A stretch of 52,244 nucleotides of DNA from a virus (taxonomy: Duplodnaviria; Caudoviricetes): the IMG/VR virus record IMGVR_UViG_3300033143_001356, positions 1-52,244 of that record; one strand, given 5' to 3'. The translations under genes and the position numbers were made by a program. The number at the start of each line of letters is the position of its first letter. The stretch's first letter is position 1. Positions 18,950 through 28,900 of the stretch are shown here, piece by piece. The notes beneath the pieces were generated by a model. The model did not search any database and was not told the DNA's origin. It saw only the letters and a list, made by a program, of their open reading frames with translations.

Positions 18950-19842
18950 TATATTTTCTTGTATCCTTGTGCTTTATACGATTCCCATTCAGATACAGGG
19001 ATTGTACCCTTGACACCCTCTGGGGTAATTACCCGCATTGTACCTACGTTATCAACCGTCGCTTTACCCTTAGCCTCTGCTTCAGGTTTGGTGTCAAGGC
19101 GAGGACCGTACTTGCGCCATTTGCCTGATTCTTTGCCAGCCTCTACATCCCAATGCTTATTAAGTGCCGCAGTAAGAACATCTTTGGGGATGAACGAATA
19201 CTCTGATTCAAGATAGTTCTTGGCCTCATCATAATCATAGACATCATCGAAAGTGCCGAGCTTGCCCTTTTTTCTACGCTTGGTCTGCTTGGCTTTCTTG
19301 AAGTAATCGCTGATGTTCTGGGGCAATCTCGATGTTTGCATTTTCTGGTACAACGGATTCTGTTTACGTTTCTCGATGAACGCCTGTTTCATTTCAGGGT
19401 CGTCTTCGGCAGCGGTAATATTCTCGTCAAGTATTTGGAGGTTAGTTATGTCCCTGTTCGGGTCAATAGGCTTAGTTCGTACCGAAGTTGTTTTGCCCTC
19501 TGCGTTGATGTTGCGACCTACCTCCTCGTGTCCAGCCGGTATCCCGCCAAAGGCACCACCACTCAGAAAAGTTTGGCTGGCCGCAGACAGGTTTTCTTGA
19601 GAAAGCCCCCTGCCTGTCCAGAATCGGTCCAACTCTTTCTTCATTCCTTCCTGTTGCTCTGGTGGTAATTGCTCAAGTCGCTGATAACTCTGTGATGCTT
19701 GTTCCATCTCTGCCAATTCATCTTTCTTTTTATTTCTTTCATTGGCCGCGATACGCGACCCAACCCTTGTGCCACCAAGAACCTTGCCACCAAGATCAAT
19801 CGCTCCACCAGCCAAGTCAGCAATACCTTCTAAAAGACCCAT
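18949..19842 (-). CDS. Internal virion (ejection) protein
   Basis: Helical, Gly-rich N-terminus; position in a podovirus ejection-gene series. Confidence 0.6.
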   Translation of the reverse strand: MGLLEGIADLAGGAIDLGGKVLGGTRVGSRIAANERNKKKDELAEMEQASQSYQRLEQLPPEQQEGMKKELDRFWTGRGLSQENLSAASQTFLSGGAFGGIPAGHEEVGRNINAEGKTTSVRTKPIDPNRDITNLQILDENITAAEDDPEMKQAFIEKRKQNPLYQKMQTSRLPQNISDYFKKAKQTKRRKKGKLGTFDDVYDYDEAKNYLESEYSFIPKDVLTAALNKHWDVEAGKESGKWRKYGPRLDTKPEAEAKGKATVDNVGTMRVITPEGVKGTIPVSEWESYKAQGYKKI

Positions 19843-19865
19843 CTTTATACCTTTCTTTTAACTTA

Positions 19866-20690
19866 TTACCCGGTCGCCAAAGCATAACCCAACCCCGGCC
19901 CTGCCGAACTGCTCTGTGACACATTTACGCTCTGTCCCAATAACATTGCAAGTGCGTTTAATACCTGCGGGTCTGTTATTGCATGTTTCTCTGCAAATAC
20001 TTGCATGTCGGCGGCTATCTCTCTCTGGTACTGGTCTTGTTCTGCACCAGCCAAGCCTAACGTACCGGCCATACCAGCAAGAGCGTCTCTTGTTCGGCCT
20101 AATGGCGCATCCTGAACAGCCATTGACGGGCCTATTGCACCCAACGCTCTTCCTGCTTTAGCCTCTTCAAGTGCTTGGTTCCTGCCTTGTACGTCCCAAG
20201 CTAATCCTGCCCGCTCTGTACCCAGCCAGTCACCTACGTCACCGTAAGCCTCAGCAACTTCACCCGCTCTTGCACTGCCCCAATAACCCGGACCTGCGAA
20301 CTCTTCTCGTATGCCCGGAAGTTCCTCTTGCTGGAACTCTTTCATGCGGGGGTCACGAACTGCACGACCGAAATAAGCCTGTTCGTCTTCAGGAGTAATC
20401 GGCTGTGCGCCCATCTCGCCTCTTAACAGTTTGCCAGACGTTGTTTCAAGGTCTTTCTGCAACGGTCCACCGCCGGCATAGTCACCGAAGTAATTAGCAA
20501 ACTCTGGCAACTGGCCGAAGACATTCTGTTGTGCACCCGTAAGTGGAGCAACCCTTTGTCCGCCATAAACATCCATACCTTTGCCTAAATACGGGCTATA
20601 TGTCTCTACCCCCTTGTCTATTGCACCTGTTTGGGTACGAGTCTTACTTGTGCCCGACGATTTTTGTGATGAGCCGCTAAAGCATCCCAT
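19866..20690 (-). CDS. Internal virion (ejection/pilot) protein
   Basis: YGGQRVAPLT..Q, G..GSAR and Q/A-rich helices, typical of small podoviral ejection proteins. Confidence 0.65.
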   Translation of the reverse strand: MGCFSGSSQKSSGTSKTRTQTGAIDKGVETYSPYLGKGMDVYGGQRVAPLTGAQQNVFGQLPEFANYFGDYAGGGPLQKDLETTSGKLLRGEMGAQPITPEDEQAYFGRAVRDPRMKEFQQEELPGIREEFAGPGYWGSARAGEVAEAYGDVGDWLGTERAGLAWDVQGRNQALEEAKAGRALGAIGPSMAVQDAPLGRTRDALAGMAGTLGLAGAEQDQYQREIAADMQVFAEKHAITDPQVLNALAMLLGQSVNVSQSSSAGPGLGYALATG

Positions 20691-21178
20691 TATTCTATCC
20701 TTTTAATATATGTTGTTTCAAAGTGTTCAAAGCCAGTTTTCTCATATAGTCTGCACACGCTATCGTGCATGTCGCTGGCCAATTTACTTGCTGTCATTAA
20801 AAGACACTTACATCCTTTACTAACAGCCCAATACTGAGCCGCCCTTAGCAATCTAAGGGCACCAATGCCACTTCTCTTTTCAGGAACGATATACCAATAA
20901 TGCTCGTTGGCAAACAGTTCTGTGCCAAGTGGGTTAATGAAAGTCGTTAAACCCATGTACCCCGCTGGCGGATTTCCTAAAACCAACAAATCTTTTCCGT
21001 CTGAATCTATCATGTCTTGTAAGTCTTCCAAGTGTTTGTCTATTAACATCTCAAATCCATATTCATTATGTTCGTTCTGCCACGCTTCGGCAATGTGCCG
21101 TAAATCTTCTGCTTCCCCTGTATATATTTTAACCATTTTACTCCAATGGATTAAACTCCTGATTAGGTGTATTGTCAT
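20690..21178 (-). CDS. GNAT-fold virion assembly protein (T7 gp13/P22 gp14 position)
   Basis: E.YWYIVPEKRSG.GA.RLL and LYEKTGF GNAT motifs; lies between nozzle and ejection genes. The true start may be an internal Met. Confidence 0.75.
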   Translation of the reverse strand: MTIHLIRSLIHWSKMVKIYTGEAEDLRHIAEAWQNEHNEYGFEMLIDKHLEDLQDMIDSDGKDLLVLGNPPAGYMGLTTFINPLGTELFANEHYWYIVPEKRSGIGALRLLRAAQYWAVSKGCKCLLMTASKLASDMHDSVCRLYEKTGFEHFETTYIKRIE

Positions 21179-21335
21179 TATTTTTCACAGCCGGCTCAAG
21201 AAACTGCCTCAATGCAAATATCTCTTTCTGCATACGAGTAATCTCCGTCTCGGTGAATACAGCTATTGTCCTTATAGCATCTTCGCCTTGCAGTCCTTCT
21301 GTCTGAAGCGGAGGTACGTCTTGGTGTATTTCCAT
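21138..21335 (-). CDS. Small tail-associated hypothetical protein
   Basis: 65-aa ORF coupled to the nozzle gene. Confidence 0.55.
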   Translation of the reverse strand: MEIHQDVPPLQTEGLQGEDAIRTIAVFTETEITRMQKEIFALRQFLEPAVKNNDNTPNQEFNPLE

Positions 21336-23497
21336 TACCTGTTACCCTCCGGGTCATAATGAAGTTCCGCCTCTCTTATTTCAAAGTCCGAACCCGCCAC
21401 GCTATCCCAACATATCTGAACCCGTTTAGAACTACGGTTCATATATGTATCATATTTTTCCCAGTCACTCGTCAGGGTTTGGGTTAGGTCAACCCATCCT
21501 GTTTCCGATGTATCGAAACTTGCTGTTCTAAATCTTGTCTTTACGCCACCGTTACCTGAAGTTTTCTCTTTAGCGGTGTACGATATTTTATTCCATCTTG
21601 CATAATTGCCGGGTTCACCCATATCTATCACCGGAGATAAGTGCCTACATGCTATATTGTTCCCATCCTCTGTAGTGTACGTTTCATCTAATTGATACAC
21701 AAATCCTGTGGCGTCACCTAAAAGGATTCGCTCTGCCACCTGCACTTCATTTAATTCGTCGTTATAGGTAGAACCCGATGGGCAGAATAAATTTCCTGTC
21801 GTGTCACCTGCGAATACGGGAGTGTCCGAGGATAGGTCGGCTATTCCTGTTCCGGTAGAGTCGGGACTTCGAGTAGAGTCTCTTGGCGCAACGTAAACAG
21901 TAACAGAATAATCGGTAGTTGCTCCATCTTTCAAAGAACAAACGTCAGTCAACTGATAATAATGAGTTCCATGAGGCATATCACCTGTATCAGAGCCATC
22001 ATCTATTTTAAGAATAAGTCCTGACCATGTAGTTCCGTCCATGTGTCTTGTGCAGTCTATCAACTTAGTGGGGTCATTGGAATAACTAAAACAGAGCAGT
22101 AACCCACCTTCACTTAAATCAACTTCGCCTGCTTTCCAGCTAAAGTCATAATCTGCCGTTGCCGACATAGTTGACCAGTCTATAGCATTAGCGGTATTCT
22201 CACATAAAACGTCACCATACCTTATAGTTACATCGCCAGCAGTTGATGTGTCCACAAAACCAGCGTCGTAAGGACTTAGTGTGTTAAGAGCGTCCTGATA
22301 TGTGTCGCCGGTGGTATATGTCTGCGAACCCGCCAGAGATACAGCGGTTATCCCATCAGCAGAACCAAAAGTATTAGAGAAGTCACGAACCGACCATGCA
22401 CCCGTAGCCATATTCATTATGTATGCTTTAGTGATAAATTCAGAAGCGTTAGGTACGATGAAAATATAAAGATACCTGTTCTCTTCGCCAAATGCCATCC
22501 AGCATCTCGCTTCGTATATAGGGTCAAGGTCGTCCTGTAAGAACTTATGTATCTTATCGCCTATCATCTGTATTGACGTACCACCGTAATAAGCATATAC
22601 ATTATAGTCACTGCCTACAAAGTAATGGGTGTTACCCTTGACAGTAAGTAGATGAGGGGCAAGCAGGCCAAGGTCGGGTATTACGGGGCGTGGCGAAAAG
22701 ACTGTGGTGCCACCAACATAACCTAAGTCCCAGATAGAGTTGTTCTGATATATGATATATAACCCGCCCATTGGTGCAGACCAGATATTCTCTCCTCCAG
22801 TATCTACAAGGTCAACAAAACCTGAACCTGTGCCTGTCCATGTCTGGAGTTTGGAAATTACCGGCCATTGAACTCTCTGTTTATTAGTGGACCATGCCTT
22901 AGACGAAGACGAGTAAGTGAGTGGGCTTATCTCAATAAGTCTGTTCTTGTACGCACCCACCTGTAATGCTCTATGAGTAGAACCGTCGTGATACCCACCG
23001 CCACCTACAACATCATGGAATGTGGTTTCGTATTTACCCGCCCATCTCTGGATATTACTCATGCCACCATCACACACAATCAGATGGTAATACTCAACGC
23101 TCTGGGCGGCATTATCATTCAGGTATATATCGGTGTCATTATGTGCTATCGGAACATAACTGACAGGATGGAATATATCCGAGTTTGCCACTGTGCCGGT
23201 CTTGTCGTCCCACGTCTCTGCTACACGATTATGGAGATATATCTTTTCCGTAGTTACCGCAAGGGTGTGAGCGGTTCTGTCGGACTCTGTGTATGGGATT
23301 ACCGATAGAACAGTATCGCCGGAATTCAAGCCTGTAGTAGTAAGGTCTACCTTAGCAAAACCATAAGGCGTAGTCATTATACCGTGTTCGTATAGGATAT
23401 TCTGTGTGCCGTAAGACGCACCTCGTGGGTCTATCATATTATTAGACACCATAGCGTCAAGACCAAGATCAAGTTTTTGTACTAAAATTGAAGGCAT
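21335..23497 (-). CDS. Tail nozzle / DNA-stabilisation beta-propeller protein (T7 gp12/P22 gp10-like)
   Basis: 720 aa, beta-rich, with ..GLLAP.., YFVGSD.NVY.Y.G and Y..N..TG.WS motifs; syntenic position. Confidence 0.72.
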   Translation of the reverse strand: MPSILVQKLDLGLDAMVSNNMIDPRGASYGTQNILYEHGIMTTPYGFAKVDLTTTGLNSGDTVLSVIPYTESDRTAHTLAVTTEKIYLHNRVAETWDDKTGTVANSDIFHPVSYVPIAHNDTDIYLNDNAAQSVEYYHLIVCDGGMSNIQRWAGKYETTFHDVVGGGGYHDGSTHRALQVGAYKNRLIEISPLTYSSSSKAWSTNKQRVQWPVISKLQTWTGTGSGFVDLVDTGGENIWSAPMGGLYIIYQNNSIWDLGYVGGTTVFSPRPVIPDLGLLAPHLLTVKGNTHYFVGSDYNVYAYYGGTSIQMIGDKIHKFLQDDLDPIYEARCWMAFGEENRYLYIFIVPNASEFITKAYIMNMATGAWSVRDFSNTFGSADGITAVSLAGSQTYTTGDTYQDALNTLSPYDAGFVDTSTAGDVTIRYGDVLCENTANAIDWSTMSATADYDFSWKAGEVDLSEGGLLLCFSYSNDPTKLIDCTRHMDGTTWSGLILKIDDGSDTGDMPHGTHYYQLTDVCSLKDGATTDYSVTVYVAPRDSTRSPDSTGTGIADLSSDTPVFAGDTTGNLFCPSGSTYNDELNEVQVAERILLGDATGFVYQLDETYTTEDGNNIACRHLSPVIDMGEPGNYARWNKISYTAKEKTSGNGGVKTRFRTASFDTSETGWVDLTQTLTSDWEKYDTYMNRSSKRVQICWDSVAGSDFEIREAELHYDPEGNR

Positions 23498-24495
23498 TAC
23501 TGGGTATTATCTCCGAAAGGAAGCCAATAAACTTTACCAGAAGTCCAAGCCGTATTATCACTACTGACACACCATGTATCTCCGGCCTTAACAGGAAAAG
23601 AAAGGCCAGTCCTTTTGCCGCTTCCGCCCTCTATGCTCACCCTTGCCGTAGCTACTGGGGTCTTGCCAACCAATTTGAGGGCAGTAGCCGTCTTTAATGC
23701 GTAAGTTGTTACCATTCCATCTGTCACAGCAGTCCAAGTTACGTCGTGCCCTAAAGTGCCATCTGATGTTCTCTCTGACCAGTCGCCGAACATATTAACT
23801 GATACAATAGATGTACTGTCGCCCACTACACCATCAAAGGTAAGTGTAGCTTCGCCTGTAATTACCGTATCACCAACAACTGTAGTGCCGTCTATAGATA
23901 TATCAGCATGGAAAGCGGCGTCGCCGCCCACAGTAAAGGTACTGTCAACAGAACAGTCACCAACAATCTTTGCATTGCCTCCAAGAGCAAACGCACCGTC
24001 AACGGTAAGGTCACCACCGATGGCCATATTTGCGTCAAAACTAACATCGCCAACCACACTTAATGTGGCATCAAACTGATGGCCGCCCTGCCAAGTAACA
24101 TCTCGCCCGCCCCACTGTAAGTCAGGGTGCATTTTAAGAACTGTAAAGTCGCCACAAGTGCTTGTCCCTGCGGCTGAAGTATTACAGAACAGGACACCCC
24201 AATTACTTGTGTCGCTATATGCCCATATCAACCCTCTGGCACGATAAGTACCATCCGCAACAACAGTAACAGTACAGTCGTCGGTATAGTCCACGCCCAG
24301 AACAGCAGAACCACCCGGAGTATGTATGCCCCCAACAGTAGCGTCAGCGAAGGTGGAATGTTCTTGGTCAAGTCTTTTTCGCACAGCCTTGGCCACATGT
24401 TGTTGCTCTCTATAATCTAATCCGTGTGGCTGGTCAACGTCAAGGGCTTCTAATGAATCCCAAGCTGCTCCATCGCCACTTGCGTGTACGCCCAT
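23497..24495 (-). CDS. Short tail fibre/needle-like virion protein
   Basis: N-terminal tail-anchor-like segment, (V/G)GD.(T/S)V beta repeats, C-terminal FPVKAGDTW motif. Confidence 0.65.
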   Translation of the reverse strand: MGVHASGDGAAWDSLEALDVDQPHGLDYREQQHVAKAVRKRLDQEHSTFADATVGGIHTPGGSAVLGVDYTDDCTVTVVADGTYRARGLIWAYSDTSNWGVLFCNTSAAGTSTCGDFTVLKMHPDLQWGGRDVTWQGGHQFDATLSVVGDVSFDANMAIGGDLTVDGAFALGGNAKIVGDCSVDSTFTVGGDAAFHADISIDGTTVVGDTVITGEATLTFDGVVGDSTSIVSVNMFGDWSERTSDGTLGHDVTWTAVTDGMVTTYALKTATALKLVGKTPVATARVSIEGGSGKRTGLSFPVKAGDTWCVSSDNTAWTSGKVYWLPFGDNTQ

Positions 24496-24496
24496 A

Positions 24497-25087
24497 TTAT
24501 AACTCCTTAAATGCTTTCAAATATTCTTCTAAAGTATTAACACTAAACACCTCTCTTTCTTCTTCCATATCAACTCGATGAATCCTTAAATCTTCACCGT
24601 TATACAAATGTTCTTTTCCTCTCATCTTTTCTAACGCCTGAACAGTAACTACTTCTACGTCTATTCCTTCCTTTGTCGAAGAAGGCAGGGAATCGTGATG
24701 GTTATATGTGTACTCGGCACCGGACTCCAGATGTTCCTTTATTACATGGTTTATAATCGTCGATGTAACAAACGGACAATCTGCTGTAACCCTCACGATA
24801 TGGTCAGCATCACATATCTTAGCTGCGTTCCTTAGTTCGCCGGTCAAGTCTCTTTCGCCCGGCCATACAATAGCGGTTCCACACACAAACCTTGTCAAAT
24901 CATCGTCCGGCGTACAGACTATCGCTTGGTCAACGTCACTTTCTTCCATAGTACAAAGGACATATCCGACCATTGTAGTGCTGCCCATTGGAAGAACAGA
25001 CTTAGCCGGTAATCGCCTACTGCCCAATCTTGCATTTACTACTCCAAGTATCACATTGACCCCTTTGGAAAGAACCTTGCCGCACAA
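24497..25087 (-). CDS. SpsF/KdsB-like CMP-nonulosonate cytidylyltransferase
   Basis: ARLGSRRLPAKS, IVRVTADCP, G.DVEV and SVNTLEEY motifs of the SpsF/PseF/NeuA family. The true start is probably a few codons downstream. Confidence 0.85.
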   Translation of the reverse strand: MCGKVLSKGVNVILGVVNARLGSRRLPAKSVLPMGSTTMVGYVLCTMEESDVDQAIVCTPDDDLTRFVCGTAIVWPGERDLTGELRNAAKICDADHIVRVTADCPFVTSTIINHVIKEHLESGAEYTYNHHDSLPSSTKEGIDVEVVTVQALEKMRGKEHLYNGEDLRIHRVDMEEEREVFSVNTLEEYLKAFKEL

Positions 25088-26370
25088 TGCGGGCAGTATG
25101 TTTGTTTGCTCATAGCTTCCAATATCTGGACATTTCCTTTTGCTGCAATACAGATATTTTTCAGATATTCCTGGTTGACCATTGAGAACTTTCTCTTGCA
25201 GATACCACAGAAACCTTCAGTCAAGATTTTGGTTTGGTCTTTAACTACATTCAATGTGTCGTAATCCAAATGCGCCCTCGGCCAGCAATACTTGAACTTG
25301 CCCTTGACTCCGTTTATTTCCTTAGCAGCACGTTTGAAAGCATTGCCGTCCATTTTACCGTATCGGCCCGTCTCTAATTCCTTGATGGCTTTCTTGTCGG
25401 CGTTGGACTTATCTGCTTTTGTTATCGCAGTGGCCAGTTCGTTCAAGTCTTCAAACATAGGAGATACACGACTCAATGCACTGCCCGATTTAATCCACCA
25501 TCCACAAGAATACTTCTCATTAACATCGCAATACTGAAACGCCGGTTTATTCATGCAGTGCATTTCCATGCCCATCGTAGAACCGGAATGAACCAGAATA
25601 TCTGTGTTCACTAAGATGTCCGTTGCAGTCGATTCCGTATCAAGCGGTATTTTCATCTGGGCAAGAGCTTGTTTGTAAGGTTCAACCAAAACGCCTGGAT
25701 GAAGCGTAACTAAGATATTACATCCCAACCTTTGTTTGAGTCCGCCGATCATAGCTAAATACTTATTCCTGCCCTCAACTTCTTTTTGGACATTCACCAT
25801 TTCGTCAATACTCAGATCAGGGGCGGAATCACAGAACCCCCACGGCGAGGATATTGTCAGGATTTTCTTTTTCGGGTCAAAGCCCCATTTCTTACAGAAG
25901 TCTTTCTTAGACGTGAACTTGCTCCTGAATCCTTTCTGTTTGTAGATGTCTAACCCAAAAGCGCCAACGGCTATTGCCGGGAAACCTGATTTTCGTCTTT
26001 CAAGTATTTGAGCCTCGTCATCGCCCCAGACAAGTTCCTTGTCAATGTCATATCGCCACCGACCGAGAATATTCTGTTTGGTAGCTTCGTCGCCTTCCTT
26101 GAAATCCTTCCAGTCGCAGCTCGCTTCGGTGTGACGAGAAACGATACCTATACCAAAGTCTCTACATGTTTCCGCTAAATCCCTTGAGTAAGGGTTCCTT
26201 ATAGGTGGGAATACCACTACGTTCGGCTTGTAACTAAGAATAGCGTCACGACCTTGCCTTAGGCACGGCACAACTTTGACCTTGTTACCTAACAGTTCCA
26301 ATTCTTCTTTGATTAGGTTGTCAACCACTTCGTCCCTGTGGGGACTTGCTGATAAAATCAGTACCTTCAT
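25051..26370 (-). CDS. GT-B-fold surface carbohydrate biosynthesis protein; candidate nonulosonyl transferase
   Basis: N-terminal RD..D..I..EL...G, central LHP motif and D.LVH.GST...E.....KP, as in CMP/CDP-sugar GT-B transferases; C-terminal CxxC...CxxC. Confidence 0.6.
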   Translation of the reverse strand: MKVLILSASPHRDEVVDNLIKEELELLGNKVKVVPCLRQGRDAILSYKPNVVVFPPIRNPYSRDLAETCRDFGIGIVSRHTEASCDWKDFKEGDEATKQNILGRWRYDIDKELVWGDDEAQILERRKSGFPAIAVGAFGLDIYKQKGFRSKFTSKKDFCKKWGFDPKKKILTISSPWGFCDSAPDLSIDEMVNVQKEVEGRNKYLAMIGGLKQRLGCNILVTLHPGVLVEPYKQALAQMKIPLDTESTATDILVNTDILVHSGSTMGMEMHCMNKPAFQYCDVNEKYSCGWWIKSGSALSRVSPMFEDLNELATAITKADKSNADKKAIKELETGRYGKMDGNAFKRAAKEINGVKGKFKYCWPRAHLDYDTLNVVKDQTKILTEGFCGICKRKFSMVNQEYLKNICIAAKGNVQILEAMSKQTYCPHCAARFFPKGSM

Positions 26371-27168
26371 TTATTCTTCCTTTCTTAAAATTAGTCTCAC
26401 TTCAGTTCTTCCGCCAAAACCACGTTTGAATTTACTTATGTTAGCCAGCTTATCATCTCCGTATACCTGCTCGCCCATCTCGAATCGCTTACAGCCTATT
26501 CTCTTAGCTTTGAGTATCGCTTCCCACATAAGAGCATGACTGTCTACCGTAGAACAACCTGAAGCATAATAGGCGGCGTCTTTATTGTAGTACACTATCA
26601 ATCCTGCGTCAGTTACGACATTAGACGGTAACGGGTTATGAGGATGTAGAAAATGAGTCTGTGTCAAACAGAATGCCTGTCTCTGCCATATCATACGGTT
26701 TTGAATATCCCACGTCTCTTGTGGTCGGGTAACACCTCTAATCGACTCATGTAAACTCTGGTAAGCACCTGTATCGAACATTGTATTTACCATGATGTCT
26801 TTATTCACAAGCGACTTGTAACTCTTACGAAGTCCTCTGCGTAGCTTTTCAGTCGGTAAGGTCAAGTCGATAACCTGCGTATAGTACGGCGTAGCCTTAT
26901 GGCCTCTGGCCGATAGGAACCTGCTGATAGGCGAAAGACCGTCCATAAGAAAGTCCATGTAATATATGTCCTGAGACATACTCCATAGTCGCATTACATA
27001 CGCCATCGGATCAGGGCCGTGGTAAACCATAGGTCGCCAGTAGCCTGTTATCTTGCCGTCTTTTAGTGCCGCATGGCCATGAGGTTCATACGGTCCGCTC
27101 ATCGCTTGGTTGTACTCCCTGTCCAGCGGCGAATAAAGCGGCGTCAATTGAGAAATAGAGACTGTCAT
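26371..27168 (-). CDS. FemAB-related GNAT acyl/aminoacyl transferase
   Basis: IDLT......LRKSYKSLVN, YYASG, H.LMWEAI..AK..G...FE.G and FKRGFGG motifs. Confidence 0.8.
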   Translation of the reverse strand: MTVSISQLTPLYSPLDREYNQAMSGPYEPHGHAALKDGKITGYWRPMVYHGPDPMAYVMRLWSMSQDIYYMDFLMDGLSPISRFLSARGHKATPYYTQVIDLTLPTEKLRRGLRKSYKSLVNKDIMVNTMFDTGAYQSLHESIRGVTRPQETWDIQNRMIWQRQAFCLTQTHFLHPHNPLPSNVVTDAGLIVYYNKDAAYYASGCSTVDSHALMWEAILKAKRIGCKRFEMGEQVYGDDKLANISKFKRGFGGRTEVRLILRKEE

Positions 27169-27640
27169 AAAATTTTCCTTGCCATAACTTCCTGTTCGGT
27201 AATACGGCTGTTGAACCCTTATACTTATCTGCTATCTTTAACCAAAACTCTACTGCTTCGTTACAGTAATAGCATTCGCCGAAAACTGTCTTGAGGCCGA
27301 GATTGTCAAATGCTTCGTGCAACAGCATGTCAACAGCCTCTATACCATAACCCTTTCCCTGTAATGTTGGGTTGATTATAAGGCTAATCTCTCCCAACTT
27401 GTTCTCCCACTGGATATTAGTGATACCGCCCATACCCATAAGAATATCAATGTTATTCGTACAACAATAGTCATACTCTTTAATCAACCAATACCTGTGC
27501 TTATTCGTATCAAGATTTTTTAGGAACCTTGATTGGTCTACTTCCGTCAGGGGGTGTGGCGTTCTTAACGCTTGCAGGTTTTGGTTTCTCCACAGTCTTA
27601 TCGTCTGTAGGTCTGTCAGGTTCAGTGCTTCCAGCTTCAT
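27086..27640 (-). CDS. PseH/RimL-type GNAT N-acetyltransferase
   Basis: DL..IR.WRN, I.W.N..GEISL.I.P...GKGYG and AF..LGL motifs. Start placed at ATG 27640 behind a GGAG RBS. Confidence 0.82.
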   Translation of the reverse strand: MKLEALNLTDLQTIRLWRNQNLQALRTPHPLTEVDQSRFLKNLDTNKHRYWLIKEYDYCCTNNIDILMGMGGITNIQWENKLGEISLIINPTLQGKGYGIEAVDMLLHEAFDNLGLKTVFGECYYCNEAVEFWLKIADKYKGSTAVLPNRKLWQGKFYDSLYFSIDAALFAAGQGVQPSDERTV

Positions 27641-28889
27641 TTTTATTCTCCGGCAATCTAAAGGTTTCTTCGGGTACATCGCCTTTCAAGGCGTCCATCG
27701 GATTATCCCAATACTTTCGTACTATTTTCATAGCCGCTCTCATTGCGCCGATAGTTTCATCTATCACTCCCAACGTGTGAGAATATGATATAAACTGTGC
27801 ATAACCGAGAAGTACGCCACGATACAGACATTCCTGCCAGAACAAGGCTTTATGCTCCGGTGTGGGGAATATGAAGTAAGTTCTGGGTGCAAGGCCCTTC
27901 AGGTACACTTCGTCGCTCAATCCCATGCCATCAGTAATCGTCTTAAACAAACCCTTGAGACGGTCGCCCATCTTCCATATCTGGTCAATTACATTATGGG
28001 TTTGCATATACTCAATGGTTGCTATAGCAGCTGTGATTGAAGCTAACTCAGCACCAAAGGTAGACGATACAAAGCAGTCGCCCTGTAATACGTCCATCAT
28101 ATCCTTTTTGCCGCAGACACAACTGATAGGCATACCGTTTGCCATCGCCTTGCCTAAACACGTCAAGTCAGGTGTTACGCCGTAGTAGGCTTGTGCGCTA
28201 AACTTCTTAGTGCGGAAACCCGTTACAACTTCATCAAAGATAAGTACCGTTCCATTCTCTGAACATATCCGGCGAATGTCCTCAAGGAAGTTCTTGTCAG
28301 GTTCATCAAGGATATACGGTTCCATGATAACAGCAGCGATCTTGCACTCGTTTTTTGTACCCATCTTGGCTGTGAAGTCGTTAATGTCGTTGTAAGTAAA
28401 CTTCTCTATCGACTTTGTAAGGGCATCGGGTATACCGTCTTTCTTGTCGTTGACTATTGCGAACCAGTCATGCCAGCCGTGATAACCGCAACACAGAACT
28501 TTTGTTCTCTTGGTGTACGCCCTTGCGATCTTAACCGCTGCACTTGTCGCTTCGGAACCAGTCTTTACGAACCTCACCTTTTCGGCACTTGGGATAATAT
28601 CGCATATCTTTATCGCAAGTTCCGTTTCAAGTGGTGACGGTAGCGAGAAACACAAGCCCTTTGGCAGTTGGTTGCTTATCGCTCTGTTCACATATTCATG
28701 GGCATGACCTAAGATTATCGGGCCTAAACCTAATGGATAGTCTATGTACTTCTTATCACCTGACCATACATAAGCACCTTCGGCTCTGTCGATATACTTA
28801 GGGTAAACCCTGTTGACATGCTTACTCGGCATTTTACTTAACGTCTGCACTCCGTCGGGAATGTACTTTAATGTTTTGTTCCAATCCAT
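27510..28889 (-). CDS. Class III PLP aminotransferase (GSA-aminomutase-like sugar aminotransferase)
   Basis: KYIDY..GLG..ILGH, KTGSEAT..A, GYHGWHDW, LIFDEVVTGFR and PDL..GKAMANG motifs; GVQTLSK N-terminus typical of sugar-cluster homologues. Confidence 0.88.
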   Translation of the reverse strand: MDWNKTLKYIPDGVQTLSKMPSKHVNRVYPKYIDRAEGAYVWSGDKKYIDYPLGLGPIILGHAHEYVNRAISNQLPKGLCFSLPSPLETELAIKICDIIPSAEKVRFVKTGSEATSAAVKIARAYTKRTKVLCCGYHGWHDWFAIVNDKKDGIPDALTKSIEKFTYNDINDFTAKMGTKNECKIAAVIMEPYILDEPDKNFLEDIRRICSENGTVLIFDEVVTGFRTKKFSAQAYYGVTPDLTCLGKAMANGMPISCVCGKKDMMDVLQGDCFVSSTFGAELASITAAIATIEYMQTHNVIDQIWKMGDRLKGLFKTITDGMGLSDEVYLKGLAPRTYFIFPTPEHKALFWQECLYRGVLLGYAQFISYSHTLGVIDETIGAMRAAMKIVRKYWDNPMDALKGDVPEETFRLPENKNEAGSTEPDRPTDDKTVEKPKPASVKNATPPDGSRPIKVPKKS

Positions 28890-28900
28890 GTTCTTCCTTT

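Noticed and set aside
13959-20398. Numerous plus-strand ORFs of 60-190 aa opposite the structural genes
   Set aside because: They are antisense shadows of long minus-strand genes, with no recognisable motifs.
20690-21178. GNAT protein as part of the sugar-modification pathway
   Set aside because: A GNAT-fold gene between nozzle and ejection genes is a common podovirus feature independent of sugar clusters.
27510-28889. hemL (glutamate-1-semialdehyde aminomutase) as a heme-pathway auxiliary gene
   Set aside because: The fold matches, but its context among nonulosonate genes and the absence of any tetrapyrrole gene point to a sugar aminotransferase.
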